IMG/VR virus record: IMGVR_UViG_3300032225_000860
Span: 1-49,705 of that record
Strand: one strand, 5' to 3'
DNA from: a virus
Taxonomy: Duplodnaviria > Caudoviricetes
DNA: 49,705 nt
The notes beneath the pieces were generated by a model. The model worked only from the letters and a program-made list of their open reading frames with translations. It made no database searches and was not told where the DNA came from. Position 1 is the first letter of the stretch, and the number at the start of each line of letters is the position of its first letter. Shown piece by piece: positions 9,596-17,750 of the stretch. The position numbers and the translations under genes are program-made.

Positions 9596-11076
9596 GCTGC
9601 CAACTTCTCTTTCCTATTAGACCATGCAATATTGCGAGACTTTATCCAGCCCATGGTAGACAGTGATGGTGGACGAGTCTTATCTTCTAACCCTCTTGGC
9701 CAGACTTTAAACTTTTCTTTGTATTTGTGGCTAGCCCAGTATTCGTTATAGCCACGTTCTTTGGCCACATACAGTAACTCAGAGTAAAATAGTTGCTTGT
9801 CATCCTTCTTAACCTTCACTGTTTCTATGGCTAACTCTTCCATGGTGCCGGCGACTGCAGCAATCTCGTTACGCCTCTGGCGAATATGACCACAAGACGG
9901 GCAGCAATCAGTGTTCTTTGGTAATAAGAAAGAGCACGCTGGGCATTTAGATTCTTTCTTTAGCCGCTCGGTAGGCTCTTTTTTGGCCTTCTCTCCATCG
10001 TTGTCTAATACTTGTACGCCGTTTTGAAACACCTCTTCCCAGTCATCTCTGAACCGCAAGAAATTACCAGAATGATCTAGCCACAGAGCAAAATACTTAC
10101 TAGGATGGGGGCGCATGACTCTCCCCAGCTGCTGGATGTGGGAAGAAAGTGACTTGGAAAAAGGTCTAGCGGAAACTCCAATGGCGACATCAGGAACATC
10201 AAAACCCCTAGTAAGAATATCGGTAGCAATAAGGCCATGTATCTGTGTATCCGGCCGCGAAAAATCTGCAATAGCTTGTCGTTTATATTCACTATCGTCC
10301 TTATAAGAAATTGATACAAAATTGTATCCGTGCTCGGCAAACTGTTTTACTAAGTCTGCGCCGTGAGCTACGCCTGCACAAAACACAATCGTCTTCTTAG
10401 GCATACCAAAAACTTCGTGGGTCTTCTTAATCCACTCTTGAACTATATCGCCGGTTAACTTCATACCGCGCTCTGTTACCGCGTCTTGTGACCACTCGCC
10501 AGCAACCTTCTTAACGCCAGTCATGTCAATCTCTTTGGCAATAAATACTTTAAGAGGTGTTAACCACTTATCGTTTACCAGCGACTCTGTTGTTGATCCA
10601 CAGACTACGTTGGTATAAAGACTGGCCAGACCCTTGGTAAAGGGTGTCGCGGTCAATCCAATTACTTTAATGTGTGGATTATTTCTAATAAACTCTGAGG
10701 TCTGCTTGCGTGCTATGTGGCATTCATCCACAATCAATAGATCCATCTGCGGGAAGTCTTTCATCTTCTCCAAAGTCTGCGCAGAGCAAACTTGCAGCCG
10801 GTGCGTTCTATTGTGCTTGTAGTGCTTGGCCTGCAACACTCCGTGCGGAATGTTGTACTTATCTAATCTGTCGCTAGTCTGGTCAACCAAGATAATACGG
10901 TCTAAAACCATGGCCGCTTTTTTGTACTTCTCATTGGTTGCCTTCATCAAGGCAATGGCTACTTCAGTCTTGCCAAATCCTGTCGGTGCGTATAGTAACT
11001 GTGATCTGTGTCCATCCCTAAATCCCTCTCTCAACTTCTCAATAACGTGCTGCTGGTGTTCGCGCAAAACTAACAT
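9592..11076 (-). CDS. Superfamily 2 DNA helicase (RadD/UvsW-like) with C-terminal zinc finger
   Basis: APTGFGKT, DECH, GLTATP, GFDVPD, QQLGRVMR and CPAC...CPSC motifs. Confidence 0.95.
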   Translation of the reverse strand: MLVLREHQQHVIEKLREGFRDGHRSQLLYAPTGFGKTEVAIALMKATNEKYKKAAMVLDRIILVDQTSDRLDKYNIPHGVLQAKHYKHNRTHRLQVCSAQTLEKMKDFPQMDLLIVDECHIARKQTSEFIRNNPHIKVIGLTATPFTKGLASLYTNVVCGSTTESLVNDKWLTPLKVFIAKEIDMTGVKKVAGEWSQDAVTERGMKLTGDIVQEWIKKTHEVFGMPKKTIVFCAGVAHGADLVKQFAEHGYNFVSISYKDDSEYKRQAIADFSRPDTQIHGLIATDILTRGFDVPDVAIGVSARPFSKSLSSHIQQLGRVMRPHPSKYFALWLDHSGNFLRFRDDWEEVFQNGVQVLDNDGEKAKKEPTERLKKESKCPACSFLLPKNTDCCPSCGHIRQRRNEIAAVAGTMEELAIETVKVKKDDKQLFYSELLYVAKERGYNEYWASHKYKEKFKVWPRGLEDKTRPPSLSTMGWIKSRNIAWSNRKEKLAA

Positions 11077-11114
11077 ACTTCTCCTTTAACTGCCAGAATC
11101 CCTCTGGCGTGGGC

Positions 11115-11396
11115 TCAAAGTTTTTTTAACTTTTTAGCAAATGAATTTAATGATGCAGTCAATTCGGCATTGCGGTTCTGAAACATATCCCGACTATACC
11201 GCAACGATTTGTTATCAATCTTTAAAAGTTCGTTCTCTTTTCGTAATGCTTTTAATTCCTCCTGTATCCAATCTCTTTCTATATCGCTAGCATCCCAAAG
11301 CTGCGCTGCAATGATCTCCATCAGACCTTTATTTTCCTCGGAAAGCTGATTTATTACATCAGTAAGTTCCCTAATGCGGTCGTTTTCATCAATCAT
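11115..11396 (-). CDS. Coiled-coil hypothetical protein, first gene of the helicase/primase operon
   Basis: Heptad-rich ORF with AGGA RBS. Confidence 0.7.
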   Translation of the reverse strand: MIDENDRIRELTDVINQLSEENKGLMEIIAAQLWDASDIERDWIQEELKALRKENELLKIDNKSLRYSRDMFQNRNAELTASLNSFAKKLKKL

Positions 11397-11420
11397 TTTT
11401 ATCCTAGCAGTGGATCTAAA

Positions 11421-11449
11421 ACTATACAGAAAAATATTTGGTATTACAA
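11421..11449 (-). promoter_or_regulatory. Putative sigma70 promoter for the helicase operon
   Basis: TTGTAA-N17-TATAGT on the minus strand. Confidence 0.55.
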
Positions 11450-11530
11450 GCTAACTTAGAAGAAATAGTTATTACTTTTAATAAAAATATGGTTTAATTG
11501 CTTGAATTTGCTTAACAAAAGGGGAAAGCG

Positions 11531-12493
11531 ATGCAGGGACTTTTTTTAACGGACGATGAATTTATCACATCGTGGAAAACAATTGGAAGTCCTACGGGAT
11601 TTGCACATAAACATGGTATGGATGTAAGGTCGGTATATAACCGGCGCAGATCCATTGAAAGCCGCCTAGGCATTAAATTGCCTACAGTAGATGACAAGCG
11701 CTATTCTCCGCTACGAAGGCTAGAGCAAGTAGTTGGCAACGCAAGGCGCGGTAGAGATATGGAAAAAGGTAGGGTGGTGGTGTTCTCCGATGCCCACTTC
11801 TGGCCAGATGATTACACTACCGCGTATAAAGCCCTGTTAATGATTATCAAAGAATTCCGCCCACAAGTCGTAGTGGCAAATGGAGATATCTTTGACGGCT
11901 CTCAGAATAGCCGGCATCCGAGAATAGGCTGGACACATAGCCCTACAGTCAAAGAAGAGCTAGAGGCCTGCCAAGAATTTATGGCCAATATTGAAAAGGC
12001 ATCCATTGGCGCCGAACTGGTCTGGACTATGGGTAACCATGATGCCCGCTTTGAGACTTTCCTAGCAGCTCAAGTTCCCCAGTATGAGGGCGTATCAGGG
12101 TTTACCCTCAAAGACCATTTTCCTATGTGGAAACCATGTTGGTCTTACTGGGTGAATCAGGACACCTGTATTAAACACCGCTGGAAGGGTGGATTTGGAG
12201 CCGGACGGGCAAATGCCCTTAACGCCGGCGTAAACATGATTACAGGCCATACGCACAATTTGGCCGTCCAGCCCATCACCGATTACAACGGAACGCGCTA
12301 TGGCGTCCAAACAGGCACTTTATCAAATCCTGATGGCGAACAATACGTACATTACACGGAAGACGGATGTAAGGACTGGCGCGCCGGATTCGCCCTGCTG
12401 TCTTTTGAACGTGGTAGACTAATGCTTCCAGAGCTAATTCAGGTATGCGGCGAAGATGAGTTTGAATTTCGCGGCTGCATAAACTATGTATGA
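11531..12493 (+). CDS. Calcineurin-like metallophosphoesterase with N-terminal HTH-like extension
   Basis: SDAH, GDIFD, GNHD, KHR and GHTH motifs in canonical order. Confidence 0.9.
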   Translation: MQGLFLTDDEFITSWKTIGSPTGFAHKHGMDVRSVYNRRRSIESRLGIKLPTVDDKRYSPLRRLEQVVGNARRGRDMEKGRVVVFSDAHFWPDDYTTAYKALLMIIKEFRPQVVVANGDIFDGSQNSRHPRIGWTHSPTVKEELEACQEFMANIEKASIGAELVWTMGNHDARFETFLAAQVPQYEGVSGFTLKDHFPMWKPCWSYWVNQDTCIKHRWKGGFGAGRANALNAGVNMITGHTHNLAVQPITDYNGTRYGVQTGTLSNPDGEQYVHYTEDGCKDWRAGFALLSFERGRLMLPELIQVCGEDEFEFRGCINYV

Positions 12494-12837
12494 AACTTTC
12501 CCCCTCAATCCTGCGTAATCTATACAGTGCAATCTACTGTATGAAGCCATTCCAGCGGTGGCCAATGCCGCTGCCGGAGCAGATTAAGTTTGTGGTGGAC
12601 TCAGACCCAGAGACAATGGGTACCTATCTATATGATGACGGCGAGCAGTATGAGCACGTTATTACTATTTCAAATAAGAAGTGTGGCCATCTGTCAACAG
12701 TGATCCGCGTCCTAATCCATGAATGCGTCCATATGAGCCGTTGGAAGACGCCAAAATGGAGCCATCATGATGCTGAATTCCGCCGGCGCACCAAAGTTAT
12801 ATCAGACGAACTAGGCTTTGATCCCCTAGAATTGTAA
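12490..12837 (+). CDS. SprT-like zincin metalloprotease domain protein
   Basis: VLIHECVH...HHDAEF (HExxH plus a distal H followed by xxxF). Confidence 0.75.
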   Translation: MKLSPSILRNLYSAIYCMKPFQRWPMPLPEQIKFVVDSDPETMGTYLYDDGEQYEHVITISNKKCGHLSTVIRVLIHECVHMSRWKTPKWSHHDAEFRRRTKVISDELGFDPLEL

Positions 12838-12906
12838 ACTTTGAGAAACATTTTTTAAAGTTTGATGCGTAAATTGATGCATATGTGCATCAAAAATAGC
12901 ATAGAA

Positions 12907-12931
12907 AAAAGGTTGCAAAAAGCAACCTTTT
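12907..12931. terminator. Hairpin between convergent genes, probably a bidirectional terminator
   Basis: AAAAGGTTGC-AAAAA-GCAACCTTTT. Confidence 0.6.
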
Positions 12932-12951
12932 GACACCTTTTGACACCTTTT
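12925..12951. repeat. Short tandem repeat (ACCTTTTGAC)x2.7
   Basis: Read directly from the sequence. Confidence 0.8.
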
Positions 12952-13087
12952 ACTTCTTCTTGCTATACAAGTCTTTCCAAGTATCCATTACGCAGTTGTA
13001 CCAGAACTCATAAGACTCTCTGGACTGCTTGGCTACAATTTCAAACTTCTCTAATGCATCTTTATATTGCTTTTCAAAATCAAACAT
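12950..13087 (-). CDS. 45-aa amphipathic helical protein, possibly phasin-like (not in the ORF track)
   Basis: MFDFEKQYKDALEKFEIVAKQSRESYEFWYNCVMDTWKDLYSKKK. GAAAGGG RBS, own extended -10, upstream TTGCA-N-TGCAA palindrome. Confidence 0.6.
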   Translation of the reverse strand: MFDFEKQYKDALEKFEIVAKQSRESYEFWYNCVMDTWKDLYSKKK

Positions 13088-13142
13088 ATCTGCCCTTTCA
13101 TTAATTGTTGCAGTGCAATAATTCTATCACAAAATTTTAGAT

Positions 13143-13446
13143 ATAGTTCCCCCAAGGGTGACAGCCCCCACATCTGGAATGCTGTTACCTGACCCAGTGT
13201 ATACAGTGTGTATACGCCCAGTCCTACCGGAGTTAATGGTCATTCGTTGGAAGACTTGTCTCACCCATGTATCTTCCCACTTGTGTAGTCGCCATTTAAC
13301 GCTACGAGGCACGCAATCAGGTGTAAACCGGCCTATGTATTATCCACGCAGCCCATGTAGGCTCTTAGTGACGTCTGGAGTACGGCTGTTGGATGTATAG
13401 GGCAAACAAATTAATTGTTACCGTTTCCCAAATTTAAATCCTAGCA
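13143..13446 (-). ncRNA. Candidate large structured non-coding RNA (unassigned)
   Basis: Many nested helices with G-U pairs favouring the minus strand, a possible pseudoknot, an upstream TTGCAC-N17-TATCCT promoter (13480-13452), and no convincing ORF. Confidence 0.55.
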
Positions 13447-13483
13447 AAATCAGGATACACCAAAATAAAAAAAGGTGCAACAG

Positions 13484-13522
13484 AAAAGAGAGAACCCTCA
13501 GAGGGTGAGCTCTGAGGGTTCT
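13484..13522 (-). terminator. Rho-independent terminator
   Basis: Perfect 13-bp stem AGAACCCTCAGAG/CTCTGAGGGTTCT followed by CTCTTTTC on the minus strand. Confidence 0.8.
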
Positions 13523-13613
13523 GGGCGCGGGGAGCGCTGAGGAGGAGGTGAAACCTACCTTGATAATCTGCTAGGATTTACGCAAGGGAATAAAGCTAAG
13601 GCGGGGCTTAACT
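13484..13613 (-). ncRNA. Candidate ~130-nt small RNA
   Basis: Bounded by a near-consensus promoter and a 13-bp intrinsic terminator. No ORF. C-rich anti-SD-like segment. Confidence 0.65.
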
Positions 13614-13619
13614 GTTCGC

Positions 13620-13649
13620 AGTATACCACAATGTGAAAATTGATGTCAA
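13620..13649 (-). promoter_or_regulatory. Strong sigma70-type promoter with an operator-like site in the spacer
   Basis: TTGACA-N18-TATACT with TGn extension. TTTTCACATTGTGGTAT overlaps the spacer and -10. Confidence 0.75.
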
Positions 13650-13653
13650 TAGC

Positions 13654-13950
13654 CTATTTATGTACGTCTAACCTACCGGTTTCAAATAGCCAGCCTATGG
13701 TTTTACGATGGGCTTCCTCCCAAAGATCTCTACGATCGTCTCTGGAGAGATTTTTTCCTTGGTCAAGCTCCATATGGCACTTATAACAAAGAGCTGCTAT
13801 ACGGTAATCATGGGCTTTAATAGACCGGCCTTTGCCGTCCCGTAGCTGATTAGAATGAGCCGCGACTATGGTTCCGTTTTCAATCTCGCAATGCTGGCAC
13901 GGGCTCTGGCGGACAATCTCTAGGAGTTTTTTATTCCGGTAGATCAACAA
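13654..13950 (-). CDS. DUF1364/YbcO-like His-Me finger protein
   Basis: CQHC...VAAHSN...GKGRSIKAHD...LCYKCH. Confidence 0.75.
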   Translation of the reverse strand: MLIYRNKKLLEIVRQSPCQHCEIENGTIVAAHSNQLRDGKGRSIKAHDYRIAALCYKCHMELDQGKNLSRDDRRDLWEEAHRKTIGWLFETGRLDVHK

Positions 13951-15660
13951 CGGCCATCCAGATCTTCGTCATCCAAAAGATCTTCATAGGCCTTTTTATA
14001 AACATCTCTTTCATGATTAGCGCGGTCTAATGCTTTTTCCAAGGCCTCTATGTAGGCCAGATGGTCATTTATATTAAAGTCTTCAATGACGAGTTTCATG
14101 CTTTAACTCCAATTCTATTATTCTGTCGGCCATCCATTTAATTTTATCGGTTAATTCTGTGATATCTTTTTGATATCTCAAAATCATTTGGCCGGTTTCT
14201 TGAATTGCTTGCCCAAAGTCTACGGCTAAATCTTGCATAGCATTTCCGTTTTCATGGGATTCCTCAAAAGGGTTCTGGCCAAGGGCGTACAACTCTTCGG
14301 CAAGCTCTATTAAGCGGTTCATTGTCTGGTGTGCTTCCTGTCCATAATCTTAATCAGCTCCTCAACCTCTTCTTCATCAAGAGGCCGAGAATTCTCTTCA
14401 AATGAATCATCTTCAACCGACCGGATCACTTCTTCAACTAAGGCATCAAGTTCTTCTTGATCCATATCAAGGTCATCAAAACATCCGGGGGCAAAGATAA
14501 TTTTTTTAGGCATTTTTCAAAGGTCTTATGAAAGAATTAAGTCTAGACGCCATTATAGGATAGTCGTAAAAATTTCTTTCATCAAGAAGACTTGGAATAT
14601 CGTTGAAAAATACTTCCCCATCTTCGTTTTTATGAGCTGTGGTAATAAATGACATTGGCTCTGTCATATGCAACTCATACAGAACCTCATCAATTCTTTT
14701 GACTGTTTCCTTTAGCGTTGCGTCTTTTTTCCCCTTGTTGCTTGCTGCTACTAGTTTTTGTCTTCCTTGCTGGCTTAACATTTTCACTCTCCTTGAAATA
14801 CGATTCTGAAGATTCAATTGAACGCTTCAGTACTGCTAAAAAACCTTCCCCGATAAAAAAATCTTTAGACTCTGAATCCATTTCCAACCACACTATGGCG
14901 GATCCGTCTTCCATCTCTTTCATTTTTTCAACTTTGATTTGCATTATTTTCCCTAAACTTAAGAACGGGTTTATCCAAAGCCTCTAAAGCCCACTTCATA
15001 TAATTGCGGATATCTTCCTTGGTTTCACCGGACATTGTGGCCGGCGTATAACCTAAAGGCTTTCCCATAGTGTCGTAAAACACTTCACATATCTCAACAA
15101 ATTCCTCTCCATCGGGTTCTGATAAGTCTACCAGCCTTAAATTCCATGTCATTTAACTATTCCTTATAAATTTAACCAATGAACCAAACTCTAAAATACC
15201 CCAGATTGCCCACCACCACCAATCGGCATCTGCGTGGTACAAAAAGAAAGCAGTAAGCAATCCTAACATTTTATTCTCCTATGTGGTGAGCTTTTTCAAT
15301 GGCTCTAGCAAATTCATAACGGTCTGCGTGTTGCTTGCTAATTTCCATAATCTCAAATGGATCCAGCGGTTTTTCTTGAACCTGACCAATAATATTTCTT
15401 ACTTGTTTGTATTGATCTGAAACCATGCTAGTGAGTATGCGCAGCTGCTCATCCTCTGGAAATACGCCGGCTTTAATTCTATCGTCAGTTGTAAAAGTTG
15501 TCATCATTTTCTCCTATTTAGTTGCCATCATATAAAGACCCACATTACCAAGAGCATAACCAGCGTAGCAAATAGCCATGCCAACGTTACCCTTGAAATA
15601 CTGTTCTCCGGATATATACGCATAAATTGCTCCAGTAAGAATAATTAACCAGCTGCTCAT
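13944..15660 (-). CDS. Cluster of small hypothetical proteins (13944-14099, 14083-14322, 14319-14513, 14506-~14730, 14690-14944, 14928-15152, 15271-15507, 15514-15660 membrane peptide)
   Basis: Overlapping co-directional chain with RBSs. Confidence 0.65.
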
Positions 15661-15863
15661 TTGCCTACCCGTTTTTGAATTTCTCTATCTAAATACCATC
15701 TGGCCTTACGTAGATCTTCAATGGCATCGCCTTTTAGGTCAGCACGCCAAATGTACTTAACAGCATTGCCAAGGCAAAAACCCATGTGCTCGGTGATCTG
15801 GATACACTCAATGCCAGACGGATGAGCTGTGTAATGCTTTGGATGGTTCACTGGATCATTCAT
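15657..15863 (-). CDS. DUF3310 family protein (T7 gp1.7/SaV-like)
   Basis: DPVNHPKHY...GIECI...GFCLGNAVKYIWRA...EDLRKARWYL. Confidence 0.9.
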   Translation of the reverse strand: MNDPVNHPKHYTAHPSGIECIQITEHMGFCLGNAVKYIWRADLKGDAIEDLRKARWYLDREIQKRVGK

Positions 15864-16015
15864 TTCTCTTGTGCCTTTTTATTATCCTTAAAAAAAATTT
15901 TGTCAAACTTTTTAATGTCATCCATAACTTGTTTATTGGTTTTACCTGATTTGAGAGCAATCCATCTAATGTTTTTCTTTAATTCTTGTTTTATGTTCAT
16001 TTCTCTTGTGCCTTT
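15859..16015 (-). repeat. 20-bp direct repeat AAAGGCACAAGAGAAATGAA (15859-15878, 15996-16015) flanking a 46-aa AT-rich ORF (15860-16000)
   Basis: Read directly. Both upstream ORFs end in KAQEK*. Confidence 0.85.
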
Positions 16016-16621
16016 CTTAGTATTGCTCTAGCAAAATCAACTATTGGTATGTTGTCAGTTCTTTCAAAAGCGTTCCATACCTCAATGATTTCCTCATCTG
16101 TTAGGGTATTGGTTAAATCTTTTATTGGTATATGCCTTTGAAGATCAGATAAATCATCTTGTAATTGCCGTAGCATGGGAATAGTTTGTTCTTTAACCAG
16201 TCTTGCAATTTCACTAATGCTTTTGGCATTTTGCAGTTCATCAGATAATTCGTATGCATTCATTTGTTGGCCTCATACTTACGGGAGCTTTTCTTTTCCT
16301 GACAGCTTAAGCATAGCCAGCGGCGAATCTTTTCCCCAACCATTTCGCCGCCAACCGTAGACTTCATGGTCTGGCAGCTGGTACAAAACTTTTTGGAGTC
16401 CTCTAACAAATCTAGATTTACTAAACCAGCAAATGGTATGGGTTCAATCATTTTGCTTTTCTCCGCTTGATGGCCGGCAAGCCAATTTCCGGGTCTGGTG
16501 TACGTGCTTCAACTAATAAATCGGCTATTTCCCATATTGCTTTTGGATTTATTTCGCCTTTCATAGCAAAGCCAACGGTTAACATAAATGCAAAGCAGTC
16601 TCTTAGGTCTTGATCATTCAT
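15997..16621 (-). CDS. Three small hypothetical proteins (15997-16263; 16260-16451 CxxC zinc ribbon; 16448-16621)
   Basis: ATGA-overlapped chain. Confidence 0.65.
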
Positions 16622-16896
16622 TTGTGCAGTCCCTCAATTTGCTCTGTCAATATAGAACCTAGGTCTTTGCCCTTGACAGCAATCATCTGTGCTTCACTAC
16701 AGTCGTAGACCACCTGAGCTGCATCTTTGACCGCCTTGTTATATCCACTGGTAAATGCATCATTACCATCAATGATCATATCTATAGCATCCCGAATTAA
16801 TGCGGATGCCTTTCTTGTTTTGGCCAGATCTTTTAATTTCAAAAACTGGTTTTCCGGAAGATAAACGGAATATGGTATTAGTCTTTTTTGTTCCAT
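16618..16896 (-). CDS. Probable ribbon-helix-helix DNA-binding protein
   Basis: YSVYLPENQFLKLKDLAKTRKASALIRDAIDM pattern. Confidence 0.6.
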   Translation of the reverse strand: MEQKRLIPYSVYLPENQFLKLKDLAKTRKASALIRDAIDMIIDGNDAFTSGYNKAVKDAAQVVYDCSEAQMIAVKGKDLGSILTEQIEGLHK

Positions 16897-17303
16897 TGAT
16901 TAAATTCCTGTATGACTTTATCTAAAAGTTTTTGAGCCGCCTCATTGGTTTTAAGATCAGACCGAGACGGAATGTTTAAGTACTCTCTTAACCATTCTGT
17001 AGCCTCGGCTTCACTCTCTTGCATGATTTGGTTATCATCAAATAAAAACTTCCAGAATAAAGAGTTCTTGCAAAGCATTCCTGCGGCACGAACATACTTG
17101 TCGTGTTCTTTTCTTTCTAGCGGCTGCTCATTGTCACCAATGCGAACCATCACAACCATGTAACGCGACCCAACGAAATCCCGAAGGAGATCCTCCGGAA
17201 TGTCGTCAGGGTGCATAGAAAGCGTTAGAACATAACCAGTCTTGTCCTGTTTAAGAGCTACTTTGCAGCCTTCAAACTGAATGCTATTCAAGATTACTCC
17301 CAA
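16878..17303 (-). CDS. Hypothetical phage protein
   Basis: Intact ORF in the recombination operon. The true start may be a few codons downstream. Confidence 0.7.
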   Translation of the reverse strand: MGVILNSIQFEGCKVALKQDKTGYVLTLSMHPDDIPEDLLRDFVGSRYMVVMVRIGDNEQPLERKEHDKYVRAAGMLCKNSLFWKFLFDDNQIMQESEAEATEWLREYLNIPSRSDLKTNEAAQKLLDKVIQEFNQWNKKD

Positions 17304-17560
17304 GGGTTACTGTTAGTTGCGCCTGCTGGTTTCTCATAAGGCTCAGACGCGGCCAAAGATAGAAACTTCAAGCCATCTTTAGATTCTTTTTTCCACGCGC
17401 CCAAAGAGATTTTGACGGTAGCGCCTTTAGATTTATCCATCATCTGAATGAGGAATGTCTTATCTAAATGCACATCGCCGCGCATATCTGGGTACTTATC
17501 GGTCTTCTTCTCGTTGTTTGGAAACAAAGCACCGGTGTTTGGTTTAACTTCAAAAGCCAT
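17294..17560 (-). CDS. Small OB-fold-like (DUF736-like) putative ssDNA-binding protein
   Basis: GALFPN...PDMRG...LGAWKK...FLSL with an aromatic/acidic C-terminus (NPWE). Close to the ERF gene. Confidence 0.6.
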   Translation of the reverse strand: MAFEVKPNTGALFPNNEKKTDKYPDMRGDVHLDKTFLIQMMDKSKGATVKISLGAWKKESKDGLKFLSLAASEPYEKPAGATNSNPWE

Positions 17561-17564
17561 AGTA

Positions 17565-17747
17565 TTACTCCTTATCAGGGTTTAAAAAATTAATAATATC
17601 CATTGGGTGAACTATTTCACCATTTCTGTCTCCATGTTGTGATAAATGCTCTCTGCATTCTTCGCAATGTATTCCATCTTCTGAATAAACGGTACCCCTG
17701 ATGGCCTTTTTAATTCCCATAGCCTCAAGTTTTTCCCAATTAAACAT
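17565..17747 (-). CDS. Small hypothetical protein (CxxC)
   Basis: ORF with GGAG RBS. Confidence 0.55.
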   Translation of the reverse strand: MFNWEKLEAMGIKKAIRGTVYSEDGIHCEECREHLSQHGDRNGEIVHPMDIINFLNPDKE

Positions 17748-17750
17748 AAA

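Noticed and set aside
13127-13400. ORFs 13127-13312 (-) and 13158-13400 (+) as proteins
   Set aside because: No RBS, non-ATG starts and atypical composition. The region is better explained as structured RNA.
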